Translations under genes and position numbers: made by a program | Shown here: positions 8,613 to 17,989 of the stretch, one piece after another | Numbering within the stretch: position 1 is the stretch's first letter | How the letters are laid out: every line of letters begins with the position of its first letter | NCBI GenBank assembly: GCA_002363865.1 | Contig: DEWY01000015.1 | Span: 156,225 to 220,224, forward strand | Source of the DNA: Caulobacteraceae bacterium UBA3198 | GTDB taxonomy: Bacteria; Pseudomonadota; Alphaproteobacteria; Caulobacterales; Caulobacteraceae | Direction of reading: 5' to 3' | Length of the DNA stretch: 64,000 nucleotides | The notes under the pieces: generated by a model | What the model was told of the DNA's origin: nothing | Databases searched by the model: none | What the model saw: only the letters and a program-made list of their open reading frames with translations

Positions 8613-9217
8613 TGCTTGAGCCTCTTAAACTCGGGTTTCTTGCCTCGAAGAACGGCAGCTCCATGCGCGTCATTCTCGCGGCCATCGATCAAGGCGATCT
8701 CCGCGCCGAGCCGCGTCTGGTGGTCAGCAACAATCGCGCCGCGCCCGCCTTGGGTTACGCCGCTACGGCTGGCGTGCCCACCGCCTGCATTCCCACCAAG
8801 CTCGACCCTGAAGCAGCCGACCGGGCCCTGGCCGACGCCATGGGTGATGCGGGGGTGGAGCTGATCGTGTTGTCAGGCTATCTGCGCCGCCTGGGCCCGG
8901 TGTTCCTTGACCGGTTTCGTGGGCGCGTCCTGAACATCCACCCAGGCCCCCTGCCGGCGTTCGGCGGGGAGGGGATGTATGGTCGCCGCGTCCACGAAGC
9001 AGTGATCGCCGCCGGGCTCAGGCGTAGCGCAGCTGTGATTCACCTGGTCGACGGTGAGTATGACCACGGACCAGAGGTGGCGCGCCTTGAACTCGACGTG
9101 GCGCCCGGCGAGACGGGGGAGAGCCTCGAAGCCCGCCTCACGGCGCTTGAGCCTGCGTTTTACCTGCGAACACTCCAGGAAATCGCCCGTGGCGAGCGGG
9201 CTTTGCCTGAGCTCTGA
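8612..9217 (+). CDS. purN: Phosphoribosylglycinamide formyltransferase homolog (PurN-like)
   Basis: LAS.NGSSM, VVSNN, LSGYLRRLG, LNIHPGPLP.FGG.GMYG..VH, HLVD.EYD.G. Confidence 0.8.
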   Translation: MLEPLKLGFLASKNGSSMRVILAAIDQGDLRAEPRLVVSNNRAAPALGYAATAGVPTACIPTKLDPEAADRALADAMGDAGVELIVLSGYLRRLGPVFLDRFRGRVLNIHPGPLPAFGGEGMYGRRVHEAVIAAGLRRSAAVIHLVDGEYDHGPEVARLELDVAPGETGESLEARLTALEPAFYLRTLQEIARGERALPEL

Positions 9218-9274
9218 GGCCTGACGACCCTATCTTACCGTCGCGCGGCGCTGCGACATTTTCGCCGAACAACA

Positions 9275-9289
9275 TTCATTTGCCTTTAA
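9275..9289 (+). promoter_or_regulatory. Possible CtrA box upstream of the CheT-like gene
   Basis: TTCA-TTTGCCT-TTAA, one mismatch to TTAA-N7-TTAA, ~40 nt before the ATG at 9331. Confidence 0.4.
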
Positions 9290-9330
9290 GCGACGCCGGG
9301 GCAGGGTACGGCGTCCTAGGGGAGCGATTC

Positions 9331-9720
9331 ATGACCGCAACGGCTGCAAAGATTATGGAACGCGTTCGCATCAGTCCGGCGAAGGCGCTCGATCTGCTGG
9401 CCGGCGAAATCGCCATGGCGTGCCACGCCTCGCAGCACCTGGACGACACTTTGGGCAAGATGCTGGAACTGATCGCGCCGGAAGAGCGCCTGAAAGTCAT
9501 GCAGGACCTGCACGCCATCGATCTGCTCAACCAGCACCTGACGGCCTTGGCGAACTTCGCCCGGGATCTTGGTCTGCAGGCCAGTGAAGAAGCCGCTGTG
9601 GATCTGACCTCTGCGCTCAGCCACATCACGCTGGGCGACGTGGTGAAACGCATAGAAGGCGCCGCTACGGGCGTCGGCTTCGGCGCGGTCGACGAAGACG
9701 GCGATCTCGACCTGTTTTGA
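9331..9720 (+). CDS. Hypothetical protein resembling alphaproteobacterial CheT (DxxxQ motif, acidic-aromatic tail)
   Basis: 129 aa, helical; LHAIDLLNQHL..LA.F, VDL..AL..I.L.D, C-terminal GDLDLF; SD GGGGAG. Family similarity is recalled, not computed. Confidence 0.55.
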   Translation: MTATAAKIMERVRISPAKALDLLAGEIAMACHASQHLDDTLGKMLELIAPEERLKVMQDLHAIDLLNQHLTALANFARDLGLQASEEAAVDLTSALSHITLGDVVKRIEGAATGVGFGAVDEDGDLDLF

Positions 9721-9855
9721 GGGTTCGGGATTCTATTCTGCCCGAACACCCCGCCGACATCGCGTATTTCCGATAATCTATCTTAGGCGATAAATTGTTG
9801 CCGACGTCTCGCTCGATCGGGGCCCCGCGAGACCTCACTCCAGCGCCCAAACGTG

Positions 9856-9886
9856 AAAAAGGCCGGCGCTACCGGGCGCCGGCCTT
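9856..9886 (-). terminator. Intrinsic terminator of hup
   Basis: Stem GGCCGGCGC/GCGCCGGCC (9861-9884) with AAAAA at 9856-9860, i.e. a U tract on the minus strand. Confidence 0.75.
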
Positions 9887-9935
9887 GTTCGTCACGACGC
9901 CTTGGGGGGCGGCGCTAGACTTGAGGTGCGGAACC

Positions 9936-10214
9936 TCAGCTGTTGACGGCGTCCTTGAGGGCTTTGGCCGGCTGGAACGACACCTTCTTGGAGGCGGCGA
10001 TCTGGACGGCTTCGCCAGTCTGGGGGTTGCGGCCCGTGCGCGCCGGCTTGTTCTGCACCTTGAACTTGCCGAAGCCCGGCAGGGACACTTCCTCGCCGCT
10101 GATGGCGGCGTCGCGGATCGCAGCGAAAACGCCGTCCACGATCTGCTTGGCCTGCGCCTTGGTCAGCTTGTCGTCGGCCGCGGCGACGCGATCGATGATG
10201 TCGGAGGTGTTCAT
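9936..10214 (-). CDS. hup: HU family DNA-binding protein
   Basis: GEEVSLPGFGKF.V..KPARTGRNPQTGE..QIAASK.V.F.P.KALKDAVN. Confidence 0.93.
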   Translation of the reverse strand: MNTSDIIDRVAAADDKLTKAQAKQIVDGVFAAIRDAAISGEEVSLPGFGKFKVQNKPARTGRNPQTGEAVQIAASKKVSFQPAKALKDAVNS

Positions 10215-10344
10215 GGATGGCTCCAGGTTGGGAATCAGCTTTCGACACTGCCAAGGGTGGGCGCCGGTGTCACCTGAGCAAATGGTCCAATCGCCGCCGA
10301 TTCAAGGGAATTTTGCACCCTTAGGGTGAACGGCGGTACACGAT

Positions 10345-10372
10345 GTCCACCTGACATCGGGCTCAGGTGGAC
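10345..10372. repeat. Perfect 10-bp inverted repeat in the hup/LOG divergent intergenic region
   Basis: GTCCACCTGA-CATCGGGC-TCAGGTGGAC read directly. Confidence 0.7.
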
Positions 10373-10403
10373 CCACACACACGACTCCAGGCAGGTTCAG
10401 CCT

Positions 10404-11174
10404 ATGCCGCAGACGCCAGACTCCCCCCCAGACTCCGCCGCCCAACTCGCCTCCCCCTCCTACCGGCTGGCCGCCCTGGACCAGGAATTCCTGCTGGGGG
10501 ACTCCATGCGCGGGGTTCGGTTTCTGTTGGAATATGCGAAGGCCGAAGCGGCGCTTCGGCAATGGGGCGTGGAGTCGACCATCGTCGTTTTCGGCAGCGC
10601 CCGGGTCGCCCCCGACGGCCCTGGTCGCCAGGCTCACTGGTACGAGACCGCCCGCGGTTTCGGCCGCCTGGCCTCTCAGCGGGGCGGCGCGCTACGCAAC
10701 GGGGGCGAAGGCCGACACAATGTGATCGCCACAGGCGGCGGTCCTGGGATCATGGAGGCGGCCAATCGAGGCGCACAGGAGGTCGGCGCCCCCTCCATCG
10801 GCTTCAACATCACCCTGCCCCATGAGCAGACGCCCAACGCCTATTCGACGCCTGAGCTGACCTTCCAGTTCCATTATTTCGCCATGCGAAAGATGCACCT
10901 GGCCATGCGGGCGAGCGCCCTGGTCATTTTCCCCGGCGGCTTTGGGACGCTGGATGAACTGTTTGAGCTGCTGACTCTGCGCCAAACCCAAAAGAGCCCG
11001 CCGATCCCGATCGTGCTGTGCGATCAGGCCTACTGGTCCCAGGTCATCAATTTCCAGGCCCTGGCTGATCAGGGGATGATTTCGCCGCAGGATCTGAGCC
11101 TGTTTGGCTATGCTGACACGCCATTGGAAATCTGGGAGTCGCTGGAGTCCCGCGGTCTTCATGCCGTTGACTGA
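10404..11174 (+). CDS. LOG family (TIGR00730-type) nucleotide phosphoribohydrolase
   Basis: VVFGSAR, TGGGPGIMEAANRGA, FHYFAMRKM, FPGGFGTLDELFE. Confidence 0.88.
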   Translation: MPQTPDSPPDSAAQLASPSYRLAALDQEFLLGDSMRGVRFLLEYAKAEAALRQWGVESTIVVFGSARVAPDGPGRQAHWYETARGFGRLASQRGGALRNGGEGRHNVIATGGGPGIMEAANRGAQEVGAPSIGFNITLPHEQTPNAYSTPELTFQFHYFAMRKMHLAMRASALVIFPGGFGTLDELFELLTLRQTQKSPPIPIVLCDQAYWSQVINFQALADQGMISPQDLSLFGYADTPLEIWESLESRGLHAVD

Positions 11175-11261
11175 CCGTCAGGCGCTGACGGCCGACCTGG
11201 TCGCCACAGTAGCGCCATGGTTTCGCCTCAACCTCTCGGCGTGCCAGAGGAGGCCAGTGGC

Positions 11262-11798
11262 ATGCGCGCCGTTTCGAGTCTGATCCTGGCTATTGGCCTG
11301 GGGCTCACCCCCACCCTCGCCCCCCCGGCCCTTGCGGGCCAAGGCGAAGCCCCAACGACAGCCGCCGCCGCAGGCCCTCAGGTCACTGTGCGGTTGAGCC
11401 CTGCCCTGCGCGAAAATGCAGCGGAGACCTACGGCCTGGCGGAGGTCGAGGCGCAGGCTGAGCGACTTAGGACCCTGGTCACCGAAGATCTGGAGCAGAT
11501 GGGTGTGATGGCCGGCGGTCGGGTCGACCTCGTCCTGCTCGACCTCAAGCCCAGTCGGCCGACCCGCCAGGAAATGCTCGCGCGCCCGGGGCTATCCTTC
11601 CGCAGCGCCGCCCTCGGCGGCGCCCGTATCGAAGGCAAGATGACCACCTTCGACGGCAAGGTCACGCCATTGAGTTTCAGTTGGTTTGCGTCCGATCTCG
11701 CGGACTCTCGGCGCCAGGCTGTGTGGGGCGACGCCCAATGGGCGTTTGAGCGGTTCAGCCATCGGCTCAGCCGCGGACAGCTCTACGCCCTGCGCTGA
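11262..11798 (+). CDS. Secreted hypothetical protein
   Basis: SD GAGGAGG before ATG 11262; signal peptide ending PALA; no recognised domain. Confidence 0.7.
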   Translation: MRAVSSLILAIGLGLTPTLAPPALAGQGEAPTTAAAAGPQVTVRLSPALRENAAETYGLAEVEAQAERLRTLVTEDLEQMGVMAGGRVDLVLLDLKPSRPTRQEMLARPGLSFRSAALGGARIEGKMTTFDGKVTPLSFSWFASDLADSRRQAVWGDAQWAFERFSHRLSRGQLYALR

Positions 11799-11865
11799 CC
11801 CAGGCTTGCCATGCGCCGCGGCGCGGGGTCAGATCGCGCGCCTATAGTTCCAGTGAGATTTTCCC

Positions 11866-13269
11866 ATGTCGTCTGAGCGCCGCTCGAGCTGGACCCTGGC
11901 GGCGCTGGCCGCCCCCTGCCTGCCCCTGGCGGGGCTTGGCCTGCCCTTGGTCGTCTATCTCCCAGAGTTCTATGCGAACGAGTTGGGGCTGAGCCTGTCC
12001 GCTGTCGGGGCGGCGTTCATGGGCGTCCGTCTGCTCGACATCGCCTTTGACCCGTTCATCGGCGGAATCATGGACAAGACCCGGACCCGCTATGGCCGCT
12101 TCAGGCTGTGGTTCGGGATCGGCATCCCGATCCTGATGCTGGCGGCCTATATGCTGTTTATGGCCAGGCCGGGCGTCAGCGCAGGCTATCTGTGGCTCTG
12201 GCTGCTGGTCATTTATGGCGGCTTCTCCATCGCCACCCTGGCCCACCTATCCTGGGGCTCGGTCCTGTCGCCCGGCTATGACGAGCGATCGCGGATCTAT
12301 TCCTGGTGGCAGGGCGGCAATGTGGTGGGCATGATCCTGGTCCTCACCCTGCCCCCGCTTCTGGGCCTGCTGGGCGTGCCAGGTCACGCCCTGGGGGTGG
12401 AGGCCATGGGCTGGTTCATCATCCTGCTCCTGCCGCTGACTGGCCTGTTGGCGCTCTGGAAGGTGCCCGAGCCCTTCATCGTCCGGCCTCAGCAGCGCTC
12501 TGGCCTGCGGGAGTATCTGGGCCTCTTCAAGCGCAACAGCGTTCGACGCCTGCTGGCCGCCGACCTCGCCATCGGCACGGGGCCAGCGATCACCGGCGCC
12601 CTGTTCTTCTTCTATTTCGAGCGCATCAAGGCCTTCGACAAGGCCGAGGCCGGCGGCCTGCTGCTGGTCTATTTCATCGGCGGCCTGGTCGGCGGCCCCA
12701 TCTGGACGCGGCTCTCCTACAAGATGGGCAAGCACCGCGCCCTGGCCGTATCGACGGCATTCTATGCGATCGTCACCGCCGGCGCCCTGGTCATCCCGCC
12801 TGGCGCCTGGCTGATTGCTGCGGGCCTGATGTTCCTGATTGGCCTGCCCTTCTCGGCTGGCCCCTTCCTGCTGCGGGCGATGATGGCCGATGTAGGCGAT
12901 GAGGAGCGGCTGGAGTCCGGCGCCGACCGGACGGGGCTGCTTTACGCCCTGTTGAGCGGGACGGTGAAGATCGGCTCGGCCGCCGCCATCGGCATTACCT
13001 ATGTGGGGCTCGATCTGGTGGGTTTTGAAGCCCGCGCGGCGGATTCGACCTCGGGCCTGGTGGGTCTGCAGGTGATGTTCCTGGCCGCGCCGGCGGTTCT
13101 TTCGCTGCTGGCGGGCTGGATCATCATGAACTATCCCCTCAACGCCGAGCGACACGCGGTCATCCGCAGCGCTCTTGAAGCCCGGGATCTGGCGGAAGCC
13201 GCGCCGGAATTTGGCGCCCAGCCGAAGACTTCTGAGGAAATCCATGCCGTCACCCGCCCCGCCCAGTGA
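11866..13269 (+). CDS. MFS transporter, GPH/MFS_2-like
   Basis: About 12 hydrophobic helices; RLLD.AFDPFIG..MDKTRTRYGRFR, YDERS, MADV.D motifs. Confidence 0.88.
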   Translation: MSSERRSSWTLAALAAPCLPLAGLGLPLVVYLPEFYANELGLSLSAVGAAFMGVRLLDIAFDPFIGGIMDKTRTRYGRFRLWFGIGIPILMLAAYMLFMARPGVSAGYLWLWLLVIYGGFSIATLAHLSWGSVLSPGYDERSRIYSWWQGGNVVGMILVLTLPPLLGLLGVPGHALGVEAMGWFIILLLPLTGLLALWKVPEPFIVRPQQRSGLREYLGLFKRNSVRRLLAADLAIGTGPAITGALFFFYFERIKAFDKAEAGGLLLVYFIGGLVGGPIWTRLSYKMGKHRALAVSTAFYAIVTAGALVIPPGAWLIAAGLMFLIGLPFSAGPFLLRAMMADVGDEERLESGADRTGLLYALLSGTVKIGSAAAIGITYVGLDLVGFEARAADSTSGLVGLQVMFLAAPAVLSLLAGWIIMNYPLNAERHAVIRSALEARDLAEAAPEFGAQPKTSEEIHAVTRPAQ

Positions 13270-14056
13270 TCTTCCGCCTCTGGAGCGCCTGCTGGCCATC
13301 ATGGCCCGGCTGCGCGACCCGCAGGAGGGCTGCCCGTGGGACCTGGCGCAGAGCTTCGCCACCATCGCCCCCTATACGGTGGAAGAGGCCTATGAAGTGG
13401 CCGACGCCATTGAGCGGAACGACCTCGGGGATCTGAAGGAAGAGCTGGGCGACCTCCTGCTGCAGGTGGTGTTCCACGCTCGCATCGCGCAGGAGCAGGG
13501 CGCGTTTGGCTTCGAGGACGTGGTCCAGGCGATCAACGACAAGATGATCCGCCGCCACCCCCATGTGTTCGGTGACGAGAGCTGCGCCACTGGCGAAGCG
13601 CAGACGGCGGCCTGGGAGGCCATGAAGGCGCAGGAGCGCGCCGGTAAGGGCCGCGCTCAGAGCCTCCTGGACGACGTGCCCGCCGGTCTCCCGGCCATGA
13701 CCCGGGCCGTGAAGCTGACCAAGCGCGCCGCCCGGGTGGGTTTCGACTGGCCGGAGGTGTCCTTTGTGCTGGAAAAGCTGCGCGAGGAGATCGGCGAGAT
13801 GGAGGCCGAGATCGAGGCGGGCGACAAGGACGCCCTGCGCGGCGAGATCGGCGACGTCCTGTTCGTTATGGCCAATCTTGCCCGCAAGCTGGACATCGAG
13901 CCCGAGGACGCCCTGCGCGCCACCAACGCCAAGTTCGCCCGCCGCTTCCAGTTCATCGAAGCCGCCCTCGCCGAACGCGGCCGGACCGCTGAGCAGTCCG
14001 ACCTCGCCGAGATGGACGCTCTGTGGGATGCGGCCAAGGCCGCCGAGCGCGCCTAG
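13244..14056 (+). CDS. mazG: Nucleoside triphosphate pyrophosphohydrolase MazG
   Basis: LRDP..GCPWD..Q.F.TIAPYTVEEAYEVADAI, EELGDLLLQVVFH, RRHPHVFG, GFDW, EIGD.LF. Confidence 0.95.
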   Translation: MPSPAPPSDLPPLERLLAIMARLRDPQEGCPWDLAQSFATIAPYTVEEAYEVADAIERNDLGDLKEELGDLLLQVVFHARIAQEQGAFGFEDVVQAINDKMIRRHPHVFGDESCATGEAQTAAWEAMKAQERAGKGRAQSLLDDVPAGLPAMTRAVKLTKRAARVGFDWPEVSFVLEKLREEIGEMEAEIEAGDKDALRGEIGDVLFVMANLARKLDIEPEDALRATNAKFARRFQFIEAALAERGRTAEQSDLAEMDALWDAAKAAERA

Positions 14057-15390
14057 AGGTCGTCCGCCCCATGTGAGACGGCGCCCAGGTCAATCCTGGG
14101 GAAGAGCTGTTCGAACTGTCCGAGGGCTTTAGGCGTCAGTCGAACGGCCATGCGGACGGCGCCATCATCCTCAGTGTGACGGTCAATCACCCGACCGTTC
14201 TGATAGAGCCAGGCTATCGCGGCCCCCTCCCCGGCTGGCAGAAGAGCCTCAACCGCCGGGGACTCGTCCACCAGACTGGCGACCGCCAGCAGCAGGGGCG
14301 TAACCCCCTCGCCGGTCACCGCCGAGACGAGCAGGGCGGGCGGATGGGCGCGGCGGGCGTCGCCCTCCAGCATCGGCCGGTCCTCTTCCGGTGTCAGGTC
14401 GATCTTGTTCCAGACCTCCAGCACCCGGCGTTCATCCATGTCGACGCCTAGACGCTCCAGCACCTCACGGACATCGGCCGCCTCGGCCGCGCTCTCTGGG
14501 CTGGCGATATCGCGGACGTGCAGGATGACGTCGGCTTCCTTGACCTCCTCAAGGGTGGCCCGGAAGGCCTCCACCAGTTCGTGCGGCAGGTCGGAGATGA
14601 AGCCCACCGTGTCCGACAGGATGGCCGGACGACCGTCGGGCAGGTTCAGCATCCGCAGGGTCGGATCGAGGGTGGCGAACAGCATGTCCTCGGCCATGAC
14701 CTTGGAGTCGGTCAGGCGGTTGAACAGGGTGGATTTGCCGGCGTTGGTGTAGCCGACCAGCGCCACCACCGGATAGGGACGGCGCTTGCGGGCCGACCTC
14801 TGCAGGGTGCGGGTGCGGCGAACCTCCACCAGCTCCTTTTTCAGCCGGCCGATCTTCTCGGCCAGCAGGCGGCGGTCGGTCTCGATCTGGGTTTCGCCAG
14901 GACCGCCCATGACCCCGAAGCCGCCGCGCTGGCGCTCCAGGTGGGTCCAGGTGCGGACCAGGCGCGAGCGCTCATAGGAGAGCCTGGCCAGCTCCACCTG
15001 CAGCCGGCCTTCCCGCGTGCGGGCGCGCCGGGCGAAGATCTCCAGGATCAGGCCGGTGCGGTCGATGACCTTCACCTTCCAGGCCTTTTCCAGATTGCGC
15101 TGCTGGACCGGGGTCAGGGCGTCGTCGACGACGGCCACATCGATCTCGAGCTCCTCGCAGAGCTCGCCAATCTCGGCCACCTTGCCCTTACCGAACAGGG
15201 TGGCGGGCATGCGCTTGCGCACCGGGGCGACCATGCCGCGGCGGATTTCGAGATCCAGGGCCAGGGCGAGCCCCTCGGCCTCTTCAAGGCGCGCCTGGGA
15301 GGACCGGGCGCCGCCGCGGCCCTCGCGTTCAGGATGGATGATAAGAGCGCCCTGTACGGGCGTCTCATGGTCGATGGATGGGGAACTCAA
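14053..15390 (-). CDS. hflX: GTPase HflX
   Basis: [44 protein letters not shown]; TTG start overlaps the hfq stop. Confidence 0.95.
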   Translation of the reverse strand: MSSPSIDHETPVQGALIIHPEREGRGGARSSQARLEEAEGLALALDLEIRRGMVAPVRKRMPATLFGKGKVAEIGELCEELEIDVAVVDDALTPVQQRNLEKAWKVKVIDRTGLILEIFARRARTREGRLQVELARLSYERSRLVRTWTHLERQRGGFGVMGGPGETQIETDRRLLAEKIGRLKKELVEVRRTRTLQRSARKRRPYPVVALVGYTNAGKSTLFNRLTDSKVMAEDMLFATLDPTLRMLNLPDGRPAILSDTVGFISDLPHELVEAFRATLEEVKEADVILHVRDIASPESAAEAADVREVLERLGVDMDERRVLEVWNKIDLTPEEDRPMLEGDARRAHPPALLVSAVTGEGVTPLLLAVASLVDESPAVEALLPAGEGAAIAWLYQNGRVIDRHTEDDGAVRMAVRLTPKALGQFEQLFPRIDLGAVSHGADDL

Positions 15391-15632
15391 TCGGTCTCGT
15401 CTTCCGCCGGCTCGTACAGCTGGACGGGCTGGGCCGGCATAATGGTGGAGATGGCGTGTTTATAGACCAGCTGCGACTGGCCATCGCGGCGCAGGAGCAC
15501 GCAGAAATTGTCGAACCAGCTGACCACGCCCTGCAGCTTGACGCCGTTGACGAGAAAGATGGTCAGGGGGGTCTTGGCCTTGCGGACGCTGTTGAGGAAG
15601 GTGTCCTGCAGGTTCTGCTTTTTTTCGCTCAT
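15387..15632 (-). CDS. hfq: RNA chaperone Hfq
   Basis: [37 protein letters not shown]. Confidence 0.97.
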   Translation of the reverse strand: MSEKKQNLQDTFLNSVRKAKTPLTIFLVNGVKLQGVVSWFDNFCVLLRRDGQSQLVYKHAISTIMPAQPVQLYEPAEDETD

Positions 15633-15731
15633 GGCTTTTCGCCCTTTTCTCCGATCGAGGGGCCACGCGCCCCCACACACATAAGGCAAGCTAGTCCAAC
15701 CTTGAGCCGCCGCGCAATCGCGGTCGGCCGC

Positions 15732-16595
15732 TTAGACGGCGGTCTGCTTCGCCCGCTCGATATAGAGGCTCCGCAGCCGCTTCGCCACCGGACCCGGCGC
15801 TCCGCCGCCGATGGGCTGGCCGTCGATGGTGATCACCGGCAGCACCAGCGACCCGGCGCCGGTGATGAAGGCTTCCTTCGCCCGAGCTATCTCCTCAGGG
15901 GTGAAGGGCCGCTCCTCCACCTTCAGACCGGCCTCGGCGATTACGTCGAGCAGGGTGCGGCGGGTGACGCCGCGCAGGATGTTGGCCTGGGTGTCGCGGG
16001 TGCGCAGCACGCCGTCCCCGTCGAGGATCCAGGCATTGGCCGACGCGCCCTCGGTCACCAGGCCCATCTCATCGACGAAGAGGGCCTCCCCCGCCCCCCG
16101 CTCCCGGGCGGCCTGACGAGCCAGGACATTGGGGAGCAGGCCCACCGTCTTGATGTCGCAGCGCCCCCAGCGGTTCTCCGGGGTGGTGATAACGGCGATG
16201 CCCTTGGCCGCCTTGGCCTCTGAGGCGGCGCGGTCGAGGCTCTTGGCGGTGATGACGACCGAGGGGCTGAGGTCGCCGTCCGGAAAGGCGTGGTCGCGGG
16301 GCGCCACGCCACGGCTGACTTGCAGGTAGATGAGGCCTTCCCGCACCTGGTTGCGGCGCAACACCTCCCGCAGGACGATGGTCAGCGCCGCCCGGGACAT
16401 AGGCGCGGGGATCCGCAACTCGCCGAGACTGCGGGCCAGGCGGGCGAAATGCCCCTCGGCGTCGGCAAGCTTGCCGCCAAACACCGACCACACCTCATAG
16501 ACGGCGTCGGCCAGCTGGTAGCCCCGGTCCTCAATGTGGACGGCGGCGTCGGCGTGCCGCTGATAGCGGCCGTTCACATAGGCGATGCGCCCCAT
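15732..16595 (-). CDS. dat: D-amino-acid transaminase (PLP class IV)
   Basis: HIEDRGYQLADAVYEV, WGRCDIKTVGLLPNVL, TEGASANAW, ILRGVTR. Confidence 0.88.
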   Translation of the reverse strand: MGRIAYVNGRYQRHADAAVHIEDRGYQLADAVYEVWSVFGGKLADAEGHFARLARSLGELRIPAPMSRAALTIVLREVLRRNQVREGLIYLQVSRGVAPRDHAFPDGDLSPSVVITAKSLDRAASEAKAAKGIAVITTPENRWGRCDIKTVGLLPNVLARQAARERGAGEALFVDEMGLVTEGASANAWILDGDGVLRTRDTQANILRGVTRRTLLDVIAEAGLKVEERPFTPEEIARAKEAFITGAGSLVLPVITIDGQPIGGGAPGPVAKRLRSLYIERAKQTAV

Positions 16596-16597
16596 GG

Positions 16598-17989
16598 CTA
16601 TTCGACGCCCTCCTCGAGCGCGCGCGCCCCGGACAGGCCGAGGGACTTGAGTTTACGGTGCAGGGCCGAGCGCTCCATGCCGATGAAGGCGGCGGTCCGG
16701 GAGATGTTGCCCGAGAAGCGCATCATCTGGGCGCTCAGATATTCCCGCTCGAAGGTTTCGCGGGCCTCGCGCAGCGGCAGGGCGATGATCTTGTCGGCGC
16801 CCAGCAGGCCGCCGCCATCGGTGGGCGGGGCGTCGGAGGGCACCATCTCGGCGGTGATGGGCTCCTTGGGGTCGCCGGAACTCAGGATCAGCATCCGCTC
16901 CACCACATTGCGCAGCTGGCGCAGGTTGCCCGGCCACGGCCGGACCTGCAGGGCGCCGATGGCGTCCTCCGACAACACGCGCCGGGGCATGCCGCTGGCC
17001 TCGCAGATTCGCTCGATGAAGTTCTCCACCAGCTCGGGGATATCCTCCCGCCGCTCCGACACGCCTGGCACCGCCACGGGCACCACGTTCAGGCGATGGA
17101 ACAGATCCTCACGGAACCGCCCCTCGGCGATCTCTTCCCGCAGGTTGCGGGAGGTCGAGGAGATGACGCGCACATCCACCTGCACATCGGCGTCGCCGTT
17201 CACCCGCCGGAAGCGCTGCTCCACCAGCACGCGCAGGATCCGGCTCTGGGTCTCCCGCGGCATGTCGGCCACCTCATCGAGATAGAGGGTGCCGGCATGG
17301 GCGCGCTCAAAGACGCCGATCTTGCCAGGACGGCCGCCCTCCCCCTCGACGCCGAACAGCTCCACATCCATCCGCTCTGGCGTCATGCCCGCGGCGCTGA
17401 TGGCCACGAACTCGCCCTTGCCCCTGGGGCTTGCCGAATGGATCAGCCGCGCGACGGTCTCCTTGCCCGAACCGGGCGGTCCAGCGATCAGCACGCGGCT
17501 GTTGGCCGCCGCCAGCTTGGCGATCATCTGGCGCAGATGCTGGGCGGGCATGGATTTGCCGATCAGGCCCTCCGGCATGATGGCCTGGGTGCGCAGGCGA
17601 CGGTTTTCCCGGCGCAGATTGGCCGCCTCCAGGGCGCGGTCGACCACCAGCAGCAGCCGGTCGGACTTGAAGGGCTTTTCCAGGAAGTCGTATGCGCCGC
17701 GCTTGATGGCGCTGACGGCGGTTTCGATATTGCCGTGGCCGGAGATCATGACGACAGGCAGATCGGGATCCAGGGACTTCAGGAGGTCCAGAAGCTCCAG
17801 ACCATCCATCCCGCCGCCCTGCATCCAGATGTCCAGGATCAGCAGCGACGGCCGCCTGGCCCGAACGGCGGCGAGCGCGCTCTCGGAGTCCGAGGCGGTG
17901 CGGACCTCATAGCCTTCGTCGGACAGGATTCCGGCCACCAGGTCGCGGATGTCGGCCTCGTCGTCCACCACCAGCACGTCAGCGGCCAT
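16598..17989 (-). CDS. ntrX: Response regulator NtrX
   Basis: Receiver (LDIWM, MISGHG.IETAV, KPF), AAA+ (GPPGSGKE, TLYLDEVAD), Fis HTH (GNISRTA.FIGMERSALHRKLK); follows ntrY. Confidence 0.95.
   Translation of the reverse strand: MAADVLVVDDEADIRDLVAGILSDEGYEVRTASDSESALAAVRARRPSLLILDIWMQGGGMDGLELLDLLKSLDPDLPVVMISGHGNIETAVSAIKRGAYDFLEKPFKSDRLLLVVDRALEAANLRRENRRLRTQAIMPEGLIGKSMPAQHLRQMIAKLAAANSRVLIAGPPGSGKETVARLIHSASPRGKGEFVAISAAGMTPERMDVELFGVEGEGGRPGKIGVFERAHAGTLYLDEVADMPRETQSRILRVLVEQRFRRVNGDADVQVDVRVISSTSRNLREEIAEGRFREDLFHRLNVVPVAVPGVSERREDIPELVENFIERICEASGMPRRVLSEDAIGALQVRPWPGNLRQLRNVVERMLILSSGDPKEPITAEMVPSDAPPTDGGGLLGADKIIALPLREARETFEREYLSAQMMRFSGNISRTAAFIGMERSALHRKLKSLGLSGARALEEGVE

Noticed and set aside
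9936-10214. HU gene as a marker of a plasmid or phage insertion
   Set aside because: Caulobacterales commonly carry two chromosomal HU genes, and no mobility genes flank it.
10404-11174. LOG protein as a SLOG-type anti-phage sensor
   Set aside because: It is a single-domain classic LOG with the PGGxGTxxE motif and no effector, TIR or nuclease neighbour.
17280-17380. NtrX also lacks GAFTGA
   Set aside because: Established general property of NtrX proteins.
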